64,000 nt of DNA from an uncultured Chloroflexia bacterium (GCA_963724295.1 CAVRUC010000010.1:64001-128000), one strand, 5' to 3'; shown: positions 48,822 through 58,248, counted from the first letter of the stretch. The notes: a model not told the origin generated them from the letters alone. Program-made: numbers and translations.

Positions 48822-49745
48822 TCACGCGGGCGTGGCCGCGTCCGCCACTATGCGCTCGGCGGTGAAGACCGTCACCTCGGGAGTGCAGCGGCCGATCAGA
48901 CCGGCCAGCACCTGTCCCGGCCCAATTTCATAGAACGTCGTCACTCCGGCGCCAACGAGCGCGTCCACGACGTCGACCCAACGCACCGACCCGCAGATCT
49001 GATCGACCAGCTCATGCCGGAGATCGGCGGGCTCGCGCAGGAATCTCGCGTCAACGTCGGCCACAAGGGGCACCCGGCCGACCTGCATCGTGGTCTGGTC
49101 GATCAAGGGGCGCATCGCCTCCGCCACCGGCGCCATCAGCGTCGAGTGGAAAGCGCCGCTGACCGGGAGCAGCAAGGCCCGTTTCGCGCCGCGCTCCCTG
49201 GCCAAGGCGACGGCTCGCTCCACCGCCTCCACTCTGCCGGAGACCGTCGTCTGAACGGGCGTGTTGAAGTTGGCCACTTCGACTCCCGCGTCCCGGGCGA
49301 TCGCGGCGACGTCCCCGGCCGCCAACCCCAGGATCGCGGCCATGGCCCCGGCGCCGTGCTCCTGCATCAGCTCGCCACGGCGGCGGACTAACCGCAAGGC
49401 ATCCTTAAAGTCGAGCGACCCGGCGGCAACCATCGCAGCGTATTCACCGAGGCTGTGACCCGCGACGTAGCCGGCGTCAGGCAACAAACCGCGATTGCGC
49501 AGCACATGTAGATAGGCAATGCTGGTCAGCAGGATGGCGGGCTGCTGGACTGGTGTCTCCTGGAGTGCCGCTTCCGGGCCGTTGAAGATGATGTCGCTGA
49601 GAGCGAAACCGAGCGTGTCGTCAGCCGCGGCGTAGAGCGTGGTTAGCTCCGGATCCAACTGAATCAGCTCGCGGCCCATGCCGACCCGCTGTGAACCCTG
49701 ACCAGGGAATACCCAGGCCACCTTTTCCTGATTCGGATCAGCCAC
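48822..49745 (-). CDS. fabD: Malonyl-CoA:ACP transacylase
   Basis: FPGQGSQ, GHSLGEY, VSGAFHS, EIGPG. GTG start overlaps the fabH end. Confidence 0.95.
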   Translation of the reverse strand: MADPNQEKVAWVFPGQGSQRVGMGRELIQLDPELTTLYAAADDTLGFALSDIIFNGPEAALQETPVQQPAILLTSIAYLHVLRNRGLLPDAGYVAGHSLGEYAAMVAAGSLDFKDALRLVRRRGELMQEHGAGAMAAILGLAAGDVAAIARDAGVEVANFNTPVQTTVSGRVEAVERAVALARERGAKRALLLPVSGAFHSTLMAPVAEAMRPLIDQTTMQVGRVPLVADVDARFLREPADLRHELVDQICGSVRWVDVVDALVGAGVTTFYEIGPGQVLAGLIGRCTPEVTVFTAERIVADAATPA

Positions 49746-50844
49746 CGGCGAGCGTCGTGGCTGCCTGTGATTCGGAATCGGACGCCTGGGCCACGGGAAC
49801 GTGCCTGGATTCGACACCGACCTTCGCGGACTTGCGACACTCCGCATCGCGACAGACGCCGGCCGTTCCCCAACGCACCATGCCGGCCGCCCAGGCCAAA
49901 CCGCCGCCGAAGGCCACGAGGACCACGTTGTTCCCCTCCTCCAGCTTCCCGGCCTCCGCGGCTTCGAACAGCGCAATCGGGATCGAGGCTGCCGAGGTGT
50001 TGCCGTAGCGGTCGAGATTGACCCAGACCTTTTCTCGCGGCAGGGCAAGACGGCGCGCGGCGGCGTCGATAATGCGCATATTGGCCTGATGCGGGATCAT
50101 CATGTCGACGTCGTCGAAGGTCAAATTCGCCTTTTCTACCGCTTCCACGGCGGCATCGCCCATGACCCGCACCGCGAAGCGAAAGACCTCCTGCCCGTTC
50201 ATGTGCAGGTATGGCCGGTACTCGGGAAAGAGCTCGGCGGACTCCGGAACGAAGGCCCCCCAGCCGGGGATGTAAAGGTGCTTGTACCCGGCGCCGTCCG
50301 CGCCGAGGACCGTCGAGAGCAGACCGCGCGGCTCGTCGGTGGCCTCCAGCACGACCGCCCCCGCGCCGTCACCAAAGAGGATGCAGGTCGAGCGATCGGT
50401 GTAATCGACAAAGCGGGTCAGGGTGTCGACGCCGATGACCATGACCCGGTCGTGCAGACCGGTCTGCACGAACTGCGAGCCAACGGCCAGCGCGTAGACG
50501 AACCCGGAACAGGCCGCGCCGAGATCGAAGGCTCCTGCGGTACCGCCCAGCTCAGCCTGGACGAGACAGGCCTGTGAGACCAGGAACTGATCGGGGGTGC
50601 AGGTGGCGACCACGATGAGGTCGATATCGTCGGCGGTGAGCCCGGCGGTTTCGAGCGCCTGACGGGCCGCGGTGACGGACAGCGAGGTGGTGCTGTCCTC
50701 CGGACCGACGATGCGCCGCTCCTTGATGCCGGTGCGGCTGGTGATCCACTCGTCCGAGGTTTCGACCATCCGCTCCAGATCGGCGTTGGTCAGCACCCGC
50801 TCCGGGACAGCCATGCCCCAGCCGGTGATCGCCGCGTTGCGCAT
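49738..50844 (-). CDS. fabH: Beta-ketoacyl-ACP synthase III
   Basis: TSDEWITSRTGI, AACSGF, FGDGAGA, PHQAN, GNTSAAS. Confidence 0.95.
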   Translation of the reverse strand: MRNAAITGWGMAVPERVLTNADLERMVETSDEWITSRTGIKERRIVGPEDSTTSLSVTAARQALETAGLTADDIDLIVVATCTPDQFLVSQACLVQAELGGTAGAFDLGAACSGFVYALAVGSQFVQTGLHDRVMVIGVDTLTRFVDYTDRSTCILFGDGAGAVVLEATDEPRGLLSTVLGADGAGYKHLYIPGWGAFVPESAELFPEYRPYLHMNGQEVFRFAVRVMGDAAVEAVEKANLTFDDVDMMIPHQANMRIIDAAARRLALPREKVWVNLDRYGNTSAASIPIALFEAAEAGKLEEGNNVVLVAFGGGLAWAAGMVRWGTAGVCRDAECRKSAKVGVESRHVPVAQASDSESQAATTLAGG

Positions 50845-51082
50845 GGTCGTTCCTCGTGTCACCGGTCTCGGCGGGAGAGATTCCATCACCGGCGCCCCCA
50901 TGCAGGTGTGTGCGCTGCCAGCAGGATGCCGGAGTGTGACTCGAAACGGTCACGTCGTGCAATCTGCCCTGCTCGCATGCCGGGATCCGAAAAGAGTGAA
51001 GGGCAGGCGCTGCGGCCTACCCTCCCAACCCTGGCACGTGCACGCTCCCGTTCAGCCAACGCGGAGCCTGACCGGCCCGGGA

Positions 51083-51286
51083 TTATTCGGCACGCCGCCG
51101 GCGCTCCTCGATGACGATCACCTGACGGCCACGGTAGTACCCACACGTCGGGCAGACGTGATGCACCACGTGCTGCTCGCCGCAGGTATTGCACGCCACC
51201 AGCACCGGTACGTTCTTGAGGAAATCATGGCGCCGCCGATTACCCTGCCGGTGGCGGGTGACGCGCTGCTTTGGAAGTGCTCCCAT
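51083..51286 (-). CDS. rpmF: 50S ribosomal protein L32 (Zn-binding form)
   Basis: MGALPKQRVT...CNTC...HHVCPTCGYYRGR. Confidence 0.95.
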   Translation of the reverse strand: MGALPKQRVTRHRQGNRRRHDFLKNVPVLVACNTCGEQHVVHHVCPTCGYYRGRQVIVIEERRRRAE

Positions 51287-51337
51287 TATCGCTCTCCTAC
51301 GCTCAATTCTGGCGCTGGCCTCTCACCCGGGCCACGC

Positions 51338-51919
51338 TCATTGCCGCTCTCTCTCGGTCACCTGGTCATCGGGAAGCAAGCTCGCCAATGCCGCCAGGCG
51401 TTCATCAACAGGTTCATCGCCGGCATCATCTTCGCCGCCGACCTCGAGCAGATCCGGCCCCGGGCAGTCCGCGCCACAATCCGGACGCATCGGGAGAGCT
51501 ACCAGGATCTCCTGCCGCAACGGCTCCCGCAGATCGAGCTCGTGATTCTCGTCGATACGCGAGATGAGATCCTCATCCGCCGGCTCGCCGCCGAGGCCGA
51601 ATCCGGTGTGCACATCGACAGTCTGCCGGTATTCCTCGTCGAACTCGACCTCGAATGGCTGATCGTACTCTCGCAGGCAACGAGCGCAGATCATCGGCGC
51701 GACACCCGCGGCAGAGACGCGCGCGATTATTGCGTCGCGCAATCTGGTCAGGCGGACATCGCCGTCGATGTCGCGGACGATGATTTCATCATCCGCCTCG
51801 AAGGTGTCGAGCAGGAGGTGATACGACCGGGTGGCGCCTGTTTGCCCTTTGAGCAGGCCTACGACGTTGACCGCGGTGTCGTTCCGCAATTCCCGCTGCT
51901 GACCGCCGTCGGTCGCCAT
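51338..51919 (-). CDS. yceD: DUF177/YceD family protein
   Basis: CARCL, LDLREPLRQEILVALPM. Conserved position upstream of rpmF. Confidence 0.88.
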   Translation of the reverse strand: MATDGGQQRELRNDTAVNVVGLLKGQTGATRSYHLLLDTFEADDEIIVRDIDGDVRLTRLRDAIIARVSAAGVAPMICARCLREYDQPFEVEFDEEYRQTVDVHTGFGLGGEPADEDLISRIDENHELDLREPLRQEILVALPMRPDCGADCPGPDLLEVGGEDDAGDEPVDERLAALASLLPDDQVTERERQ

Positions 51920-51990
51920 TACCGGAGTGTTCCTACCAGCCAACAGACACACAAAGCTGCACCGGCTGCATGCGCCGGCACAACCGGAGC

Positions 51991-52019
51991 AGTCTACTCC
52001 GCCGGGATTCTGGCGTCAA
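51991..52019 (-). promoter_or_regulatory. sigma70-type promoter of yceD-rpmF
   Basis: TTGACG, 17 nt spacer, TAGACT. Confidence 0.65.
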
Positions 52020-52032
52020 TTCAGGGAATTGC

Positions 52033-52563
52033 CTATTTACCCACGTGCCGCTTGGCCTGCTCCAGGTTCGTCGATGCCTCGCGCAAGGCGTCCATGACGA
52101 GCGTCAATCCGTCCTGGACCGCTTCTTCGACGCGGCCAATCTGCTGCAGCGCGTACTCGTCGATCTGGCCGATCGAGCGCCGCTGCTCCATCTCCACCTG
52201 CCGCAGGTACTCCTCGCCGCGCTGCCGCGCCTCGTTCATCATGCCTTGCTCCGAGATGATGTACTCGGCCTGGGTTCGGGCATGGTCGAGAATCTTGGCA
52301 GCCTCATGCTGGGCGGAAGTGATGATGTCGGCGCGTTCCTCGACCACGCGCTGGGCGTGCCGGATCTCGCGCGGCACCGCGGCCCGAATCTGATCCAGAA
52401 GGCCGAGAAACTCTTCTTCCTCGACCATCACCCGGGTGCTGAACGGCATCCGCCGTCCGACACCGACCAGCTCCTCGAGCCGATCGAGCAAGGCGAGGAC
52501 GTCGTCCGGGTCTTCCTCGGTAACGTCAGGTTCCAACAGGTCTGGCGGTGTTTCGTCGGTCAT
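52033..52563 (-). CDS. Coiled-coil DivIVA/SepIVA-like protein
   Basis: LLDRLEELV...RRMPFS...LLDQIRAAVPREIRHAQ. Conserved coaD-yceD context. Confidence 0.75.
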   Translation of the reverse strand: MTDETPPDLLEPDVTEEDPDDVLALLDRLEELVGVGRRMPFSTRVMVEEEEFLGLLDQIRAAVPREIRHAQRVVEERADIITSAQHEAAKILDHARTQAEYIISEQGMMNEARQRGEEYLRQVEMEQRRSIGQIDEYALQQIGRVEEAVQDGLTLVMDALREASTNLEQAKRHVGK

Positions 52564-52589
52564 GGTCCGCCGCTCCAGTCGTAGTGGCC

Positions 52590-53090
52590 TCAGAAACGAA
52601 CGGCGAGCTTGGCGCGCAGCGCATCGCCCACGACTGCGGGTACCAACCCGTCGACATCGCCCCCGAGCGCCGCGACCTCCCTGATCAGGCTCGAGCTGAT
52701 GAACGAGTGCCCGGACGAGGTCATCAGGCAAACCACTTCGATGCCCGGCGCGAGATGGGCGTTCATGTGCGCGAGCTTGAACTCGTACTCGAAGTCGGAA
52801 ACCGCGCGCAACCCGCGCACGATAACACCGGCATCCTGGGAGCGGGCGTAATCTACGGTCAGCCCGGAAAAACTGTCAACGCGGATATTCGGCTCGAGCG
52901 CCGTCGACACAACGTCACGGGCCAGCCCGATGCGCTCCTCGGTGGAAAAGAAGGCTCCGGGCTTTTCCTGTCCCTCGTAGACCGCGACGATGACTTCGTC
53001 GAACAGCCGCGCGGCGCGGCGAGCGACATCGACATGGCCCAGCGTAATGGGATCGAAACTCCCCGGGTAGATCGCGCGTCGCGAGTTCAT
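52590..53090 (-). CDS. coaD: Pantetheine-phosphate adenylyltransferase
   Basis: YPGSFDPITLGH, RGLRAVSDFEYE, ISSSLIRE. Confidence 0.96.
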   Translation of the reverse strand: MNSRRAIYPGSFDPITLGHVDVARRAARLFDEVIVAVYEGQEKPGAFFSTEERIGLARDVVSTALEPNIRVDSFSGLTVDYARSQDAGVIVRGLRAVSDFEYEFKLAHMNAHLAPGIEVVCLMTSSGHSFISSSLIREVAALGGDVDGLVPAVVGDALRAKLAVRF

Positions 53091-53710
53091 GACACTCCTA
53101 CGCCGAGCTCGGCCGCGGTCCCCACCTCGACCTCGTCCATGTCCGCGTGCACGTGCAAGTAGATCGAAAAGCAACTATCACCGTAGCACCGCTCTCGGAG
53201 CCGCCGCAGCCGCCCGGCGTGCTGGGGCAGCGTCACTCGGGGCGAGTGTCCGATGACCAGCGTGGCGTCCGATTCTACCAACGGCGAGCGCCCGACTCGC
53301 TCCAGCGTGGCAACCAGCTCGGGATCGGCATAGGGTGGATCCATGAAGATCAGGTCGTAGGGTGCGATTTCGGTCTGGTTACGCTCGGCCCGGGCGAGGA
53401 ATGCGGAGACCGGTTCCTGATAGACCCGCGTGACGTCGGCGTAGCGGGTGTGGGCCAGGTTGGCGCGGACCACGGCGGCGGCGGCGGCGTTCCGTTCGAC
53501 GAAGTCGGCCGACTCGGCGCCCCGCGAGAGGGCTTCGATGCCGATGCCGCCGGTTCCGGCATAGAGATCGAGCACTCGTTCTGGCTCGACCCCGAGCGAG
53601 GCCAGCGTGGAGAAGAGCGCCTCGCGGACCCGGTCAGCCATCGGTCGGGTGAACTTCCCCGCCGGGCCCTTCAATTGAAATCCACGCCGATCGCCCGCAA
53701 TGACTCGCAT
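53087..53710 (-). CDS. rsmD: 16S rRNA m2G966 methyltransferase
   Basis: MRVIAG, RVREALF, LDLYAGTG, EALSRGA, DPPY. Confidence 0.93.
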   Translation of the reverse strand: MRVIAGDRRGFQLKGPAGKFTRPMADRVREALFSTLASLGVEPERVLDLYAGTGGIGIEALSRGAESADFVERNAAAAAVVRANLAHTRYADVTRVYQEPVSAFLARAERNQTEIAPYDLIFMDPPYADPELVATLERVGRSPLVESDATLVIGHSPRVTLPQHAGRLRRLRERCYGDSCFSIYLHVHADMDEVEVGTAAELGVGVS

Positions 53711-53731
53711 GTGGGGAGTATGGCCTGTGAG

Positions 53732-53840
53732 AGTCGGCAAGTCGTAAAGTCGGTAAGTGAATTGGTCGAGTGAGGCATACGACCTCCGCGGAATTCGCTG
53801 CCCTACTTTCTCCTTACCGACTTCCGACTGACCGACTTCG
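53732..53840. repeat. Inverted clusters of AGTCGGTA/CCGACT short tandem repeats
   Basis: agtcggca-agtcgtaa-agtcggta ... ttaccgact-tccgact-gaccgact. The same family occurs at 63719-63798. Confidence 0.65.
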
Positions 53841-53964
53841 TACAAACACGAACCCGGCCTCGAGGGCCGGGCACGTGCGGGAAGGGGAAGGGGTGGAACG
53901 CTCTCGCGTTCCCTGGGTTCTGGGAGGGCGTCGAGGTGTAGGGGACGACGCTCTCTGCTGGTTT

Positions 53965-54399
53965 TTACGTCGCCGCCCGCGGTCCGGATTCATGCCCTGG
54001 CCCGTTGGAGCCCGGTGCATTCGGATCGGCAATTGCCGCACCGGTAGCCGCGTCGATCCATTTGCGCCGTAATCCATCGTAGTAATAGGGCCGGTCGAGG
54101 GGAGGAGCCGGCGTGGATGCGACCGGCCGGTCACGCCGGCTGAGGCCGATGCGCCGCGCGCCGGGCATGTACCAGACGCTGAACTCCGCATCCACGAGCT
54201 CGTCGAGAACTCGGCCGACCAGCCACCAGCCATCGCGACCAACGCGGGGCGGCAAGGTGATCCCCGTTACCCGCTCCGCAATCGCCGCCGTTGTCAGCCT
54301 GGTGTGGGTTGGATCGGCGCGATGGCGGGCACGCCGCGCCGCGACGGCCTTGACGACCGCGATGGCGCTCTCCTCGATCGTCGGATAGGGATCGCTCAT
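53965..54399 (-). CDS. Hypothetical protein (144 aa), probably SOS-regulated
   Basis: GGGAGG RBS; its own promoter carries a LexA-like box; no recognised family. Confidence 0.65.
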   Translation of the reverse strand: MSDPYPTIEESAIAVVKAVAARRARHRADPTHTRLTTAAIAERVTGITLPPRVGRDGWWLVGRVLDELVDAEFSVWYMPGARRIGLSRRDRPVASTPAPPLDRPYYYDGLRRKWIDAATGAAIADPNAPGSNGPGHESGPRAAT

Positions 54400-54483
54400 G
54401 ACTGGGACCTCCCGGCGGCCACATCACGGCCACCATGCTTGACGGCCCCTGCCGGTCAGCACTCCGGCGCTCCGGGACAGATT

Positions 54484-54514
54484 AGATCATATGTTCTATT
54501 TCCTGAGAGGTCAA
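54484..54514 (-). promoter_or_regulatory. sigma70 promoter overlapped by a LexA-type SOS box
   Basis: TTGACC (54514-54509), 17 nt spacer, TATGAT (54491-54486). AGAAC-ATAT-GATCT (54497-54484) is one mismatch from GAAC-N4-GTTC. Confidence 0.65.
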
Positions 54515-54519
54515 TCCCT

Positions 54520-54628
54520 GGGACGGGATGACGGGGTCGCAGGGTCGCAGGGTCGCGGGGTGACAGGGAGAACGATCCCCCGCCACCCTGCCACCACGAG
54601 CGGAGCGAGTAACGACCCCGCCACCCTC
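54520..54628. repeat. Dispersed intergenic repeat, copy 2
   Basis: (GGGTCGCA)n units, and a 37-nt core at 54576-54612 shared with 17787-17823. Confidence 0.8.
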
Positions 54629-54642
54629 GTCTGACTTCCGAC

Positions 54643-55920
54643 TCAGAACGTCACTGGCAGCTGGGTCAGACCGCGCAGGAACGTGGCATCGCGCCAGCGC
54701 ACCTCGTGGCGGGGTATGGCCAGCGCGAGATCTGGCATGCGTGACAACAGGGTGGCAAACGCGATCTGCCCTTCCAGCCGCGCCAGCGTCGCGCCGAGAC
54801 AGGAGTGGATACCGGTGCCGAACGCGATGTGACGGTTCGGCTCGCGCGTGACGTCAAATCTCTCTGGATAGGGAAACTGCACATCATCGTGATTGGCGGA
54901 GGCCAGCAGCGCCACGATCTGCTCGCCGCGTCGCAAGCGCTGGCCGCCAAGCTCGGTATCCTGGCGGACCCAGCGGGGGAGACTCACTTCGACCGGCCCA
55001 TAGTAGCGGAGCATCTCCTCGATCGCGGACTTGAGGAGACCCGGGTTCTGGTGCAGCCGGGCACGCTGCTCCGGGTGCTCGAACAGCGCCAATGTCCCAT
55101 TGCCAATCAGGTTCACGGTCGTCTCGTGTCCCGCGACAATCAGCAGGAAGATCATCGAGAGCAGCTCGTTCTCCGAGAGCTTGTCTCCCTCGGCCTCGGC
55201 CAGCACCAGCCCGCTCAGCAGATCGTCGCCGGGATTGGCATGCTTTTCGGCGACCAGGCGGCGCAGGTAGGCGATGAACTCGATCAGCTTCGCGGTGACC
55301 GCCGGGTTCGCCCGGTCCGCCGGGGTGAAGGAGACGGCTGCCTGAGACCATTCGCGGAATTTGTCCCGGTCCGCCAGCGGAATTCCCAGCATTTCGGAGA
55401 TCACCGTCAATGGCAGGGGATAGGCGAAGTCGCTGATGAGCTCCATCTCGCGGCGGCCCGTCTCATCAGCTCGCGCCTGGACCGCATCGAGCAGCGTATC
55501 CGCAACCGCCTGCACGCGCGGCCGCAATCCTTCGATGAATTTTGGCGTGAACGGAATTGCCACGAGGCGGCGCAATCGGGAGTGATCGGGCGGATCGACG
55601 CGCAGGAGGTGCTGCCTCAGGATTTCGTCGATTTGCACCTCCATTTCCTGTTGCTCGGGGCTGAGATGCTCCGTGGCCTGCTGGAACAGTAGGGCATATT
55701 CCTCGTCTGTCAGCGCGCTGGATGGATCATTGGCAAATCGCTCATCGTCCTTGAGCATTGCCAGCACCTCCGCATACCGGGTCACGAACCAGATCGGTTC
55801 GCCGGTCGGCAACGTGACGCTGCTAACCGGTCCTTTCTCACGCATCGCCGTGTAGATCGGGAATGCCCGCTCCTTGAATTCCGCGCTGAACATCGCCGTG
55901 CCCGATTCCTGCTCTACCAT
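54643..55920 (-). CDS. Cytochrome P450 (CYP107-like)
   Basis: DPPDHSRLR, AGHETT, EEMLR, HIAFGTGIHSCLGA. Confidence 0.95.
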   Translation of the reverse strand: MVEQESGTAMFSAEFKERAFPIYTAMREKGPVSSVTLPTGEPIWFVTRYAEVLAMLKDDERFANDPSSALTDEEYALLFQQATEHLSPEQQEMEVQIDEILRQHLLRVDPPDHSRLRRLVAIPFTPKFIEGLRPRVQAVADTLLDAVQARADETGRREMELISDFAYPLPLTVISEMLGIPLADRDKFREWSQAAVSFTPADRANPAVTAKLIEFIAYLRRLVAEKHANPGDDLLSGLVLAEAEGDKLSENELLSMIFLLIVAGHETTVNLIGNGTLALFEHPEQRARLHQNPGLLKSAIEEMLRYYGPVEVSLPRWVRQDTELGGQRLRRGEQIVALLASANHDDVQFPYPERFDVTREPNRHIAFGTGIHSCLGATLARLEGQIAFATLLSRMPDLALAIPRHEVRWRDATFLRGLTQLPVTF

Positions 55921-56019
55921 TGGTCACTCCTCGTGTGATGTCGCTCGGCTGCTCATTCAGGACGAGACGCGCCGCGGTTGGGCAACGCTGAGTCTCCGCG
56001 TGCGGCACAATCGGCGCCG

Positions 56020-57357
56020 ATGAGCGCTCGCCAGCCTACCGCCCAACCGCCGCCGCGTCACGAGCGCCCCTTCCGCGTGCTGCGCTACCGCGATTTCCGC
56101 CTCATCTGGAGCGCGGAGGTTTTCTCTCAGACGGGAACCCAGATCCAGCGTGTGGCGGTCACATGGCAAGTATTCGAGCTCACGGGCGACCCCTTTCACC
56201 TTGGACTGCTTGGGCTGGTGCGATTCGTGCCGCTCTTTCTCTTTGGCCTGGTCGGCGGCGTCGTCGCGGATCGCTACGATCGTCGCCAGACACTCATCCT
56301 GTCGCAACTGGCGCTCCTGGTCGTGACCGGCGCGTTAGCCGGACTGACCGCGAACGGCAGTATTACCCTGGCATGGATATACGGGCTGACCGCGCTTTCG
56401 GCGCTGTTCAGCGCGGTTGCCGCCCCGACCCGCCATGCGTTGATCCCGACACTGGTGCCCACGGCGTCGATTCCATCCGCAATGAGCATGGGCGTGCTCG
56501 CGTTCCAGTCTGCCGGGATGGCAGGACCCGCCATCGGCGGTGTGTTGGTAGCTTCGGTCGGAATCGCCGCATCGTACGCGGTCGATGCCGCGACCTTCGG
56601 ACTCGTCGCGCTGTCGGCGTTCGCGCTGCACTCGCGTCCGACACGGGCGGCGTCGATCATCAGCGGGCGCGCGGCCGCAATTGAGGGATTGCGATTCTTG
56701 CGGGAATCGCCGGTGCTGCTGGCAACGATGTCCCTGGACTTCCTGGCGAATTTTTTCGGGGCGATCACCACACTCATGCCGATCTTCGCCTCCGAGATCC
56801 TCGGCGGTGGACCGCAAACGCTCGGCTGGCTGCTGACGGCGCCGGCCGCCGGCGCCGTAGTCGGCGCCACGATCATGGCAAGCCGGCCCCCACTGACGCG
56901 CCCCGGGGTCGGGATCGTGGTCGCGATCGTCGTCTTCGGGCTCAGCATTACCGCGTTTGCGCTCAGCCGCAATCTTTGGCTCTCTCTGGCCTTCCTGGCT
57001 GTCAGCGGCGCGGCGGACTCGGTCAGCGTCTCCCAGCGGCACACGCTGCGCAACCTGCTGACGCCGGACCGGCTGCGGGGCCGGGTCGCGGCCGCGCATT
57101 CGACGTTCGCCGCCGGTGGCCCCCAGCTCGGGGACCTCAGGTCGGGAATCGTCGCCTCGTTGACGAGCGCGCCCGTGGCGGTTGCCATCGGAGGGTTGGC
57201 CGCCGCGCTCAGCGCGCTGCTCGTCGCGCGTCAAGTGCCAGGGATCGCGGGCTTTCGGTGGGAGGCTGACGAAGCCTCCGCCGAGTTCAGCGATATTGAG
57301 AAATCCGGTGGTAAAGGGATCAAACGTATTGACGAAAGAGGCTCCGGGTCGATATGA
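56020..57357 (+). CDS. MFS transporter (EntS/MFS_3-like)
   Basis: DFRLIW, GGVVADRYDRR, TPDRLRGRV, GGPQLGD; about 12 TM helices. Confidence 0.9.
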   Translation: MSARQPTAQPPPRHERPFRVLRYRDFRLIWSAEVFSQTGTQIQRVAVTWQVFELTGDPFHLGLLGLVRFVPLFLFGLVGGVVADRYDRRQTLILSQLALLVVTGALAGLTANGSITLAWIYGLTALSALFSAVAAPTRHALIPTLVPTASIPSAMSMGVLAFQSAGMAGPAIGGVLVASVGIAASYAVDAATFGLVALSAFALHSRPTRAASIISGRAAAIEGLRFLRESPVLLATMSLDFLANFFGAITTLMPIFASEILGGGPQTLGWLLTAPAAGAVVGATIMASRPPLTRPGVGIVVAIVVFGLSITAFALSRNLWLSLAFLAVSGAADSVSVSQRHTLRNLLTPDRLRGRVAAAHSTFAAGGPQLGDLRSGIVASLTSAPVAVAIGGLAAALSALLVARQVPGIAGFRWEADEASAEFSDIEKSGGKGIKRIDERGSGSI

Positions 57358-57382
57358 TGCGACCGAGTGTCCCGGGCAACCG

Positions 57383-57407
57383 TTTCTCCGGCGCTTAGCC
57401 GGAGAAA
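57383..57407 (+). terminator. Hairpin downstream of the MFS gene
   Basis: TTTCTCCGGC-gctta-GCCGGAGAAA. Confidence 0.5.
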
Positions 57408-57708
57408 GCGCGCGGACGAGGGCACTGTCAGGCGGTTCGCCGCTTGGCCGCGTGGTTCTGGGAGGGCTGGGTTTTCTGGGTGGGGCGCAGGGGTGAGACG
57501 CGACGGCTGACGCGGCTTTTTCCATCGACTTGCCGAAGAAATCCGTGAGCGCGGGCTCCGTCGGCTCGTAGCTCTAAACCGCTCCTGGTAAAGGCCCTGC
57601 GGCCGCGAGCTTCAGGCGTAGGGGACCTGAGGTTCGTCGCGCACGGCGCTCCGGCGCCGACGGTTGGTCCAAAGTTCAGCCAGTGTGCGAAGGGGAGGAG
57701 CGTCTCAA

Positions 57709-58248
57709 GTGAAACTCTCTCGAGTGGTTCTGGGTTCGGCAGTTGCGGTCTCGCTCGTTGGCGGTGGCCTGATGGCGATGCCGGTCGCCGCGCAGGATGA
57801 ATGCGGTGTCGCCATCTATGGTGGCGACGTGTTGAACGAGACCGTCATCGATCTCAATGCGAACGGCGGCACCGGCATTGCCGATGCCAGCGGCGGCAGC
57901 GGCAACGTTGCCGAGACTGGTGGCGGCGGGGCTGAGGACATCGATACCGCGGCCTCCGGCAACGGTGGCGTGGCAAGCGCCGCGGCCAATGGTGGCGCGA
58001 TCTCGACCGGCGACATCAACTCCGGCGGTAATGTCGGCAACGCGATCAGCGTCGGCGACACCACCTGCTTCCCGGTCTTTGAGGACAAGAAGGCCGACGT
58101 CGACGACAAGGCCCACAAGGACGTCGGCGGTGAAGAAGTCGTCGCCCTGCCGGATACCGGCGTTGGTATCGGCGATGCGTCAGCGCTCTTCGCGCTGATC
58201 AGCTCGGCTGGCGCCGCGGCCGCATCCCTCGGGCTGCGCCGCCGCTAA
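57709..58248 (+). CDS. Secreted Gly/Asn/Asp-rich protein with an LPXTG sorting signal
   Basis: GTG after GGAGGAG; signal peptide ending VAA-Q; C-terminal LPDTG, hydrophobic helix, RRR. Confidence 0.8.
   Translation: MKLSRVVLGSAVAVSLVGGGLMAMPVAAQDECGVAIYGGDVLNETVIDLNANGGTGIADASGGSGNVAETGGGGAEDIDTAASGNGGVASAAANGGAISTGDINSGGNVGNAISVGDTTCFPVFEDKKADVDDKAHKDVGGEEVVALPDTGVGIGDASALFALISSAGAAAASLGLRRR

Noticed and set aside
54643..57357. Secondary-metabolite cluster around the P450 and MFS genes
   Set aside because: There is no core biosynthetic gene, ferredoxin or regulator, and the flanks are housekeeping genes.
57500..57708. c-di-GMP or c-di-AMP riboswitch before the LPXTG gene
   Set aside because: Hairpins are present, but I could not match the consensus motifs by eye. 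An Rfam scan is needed.
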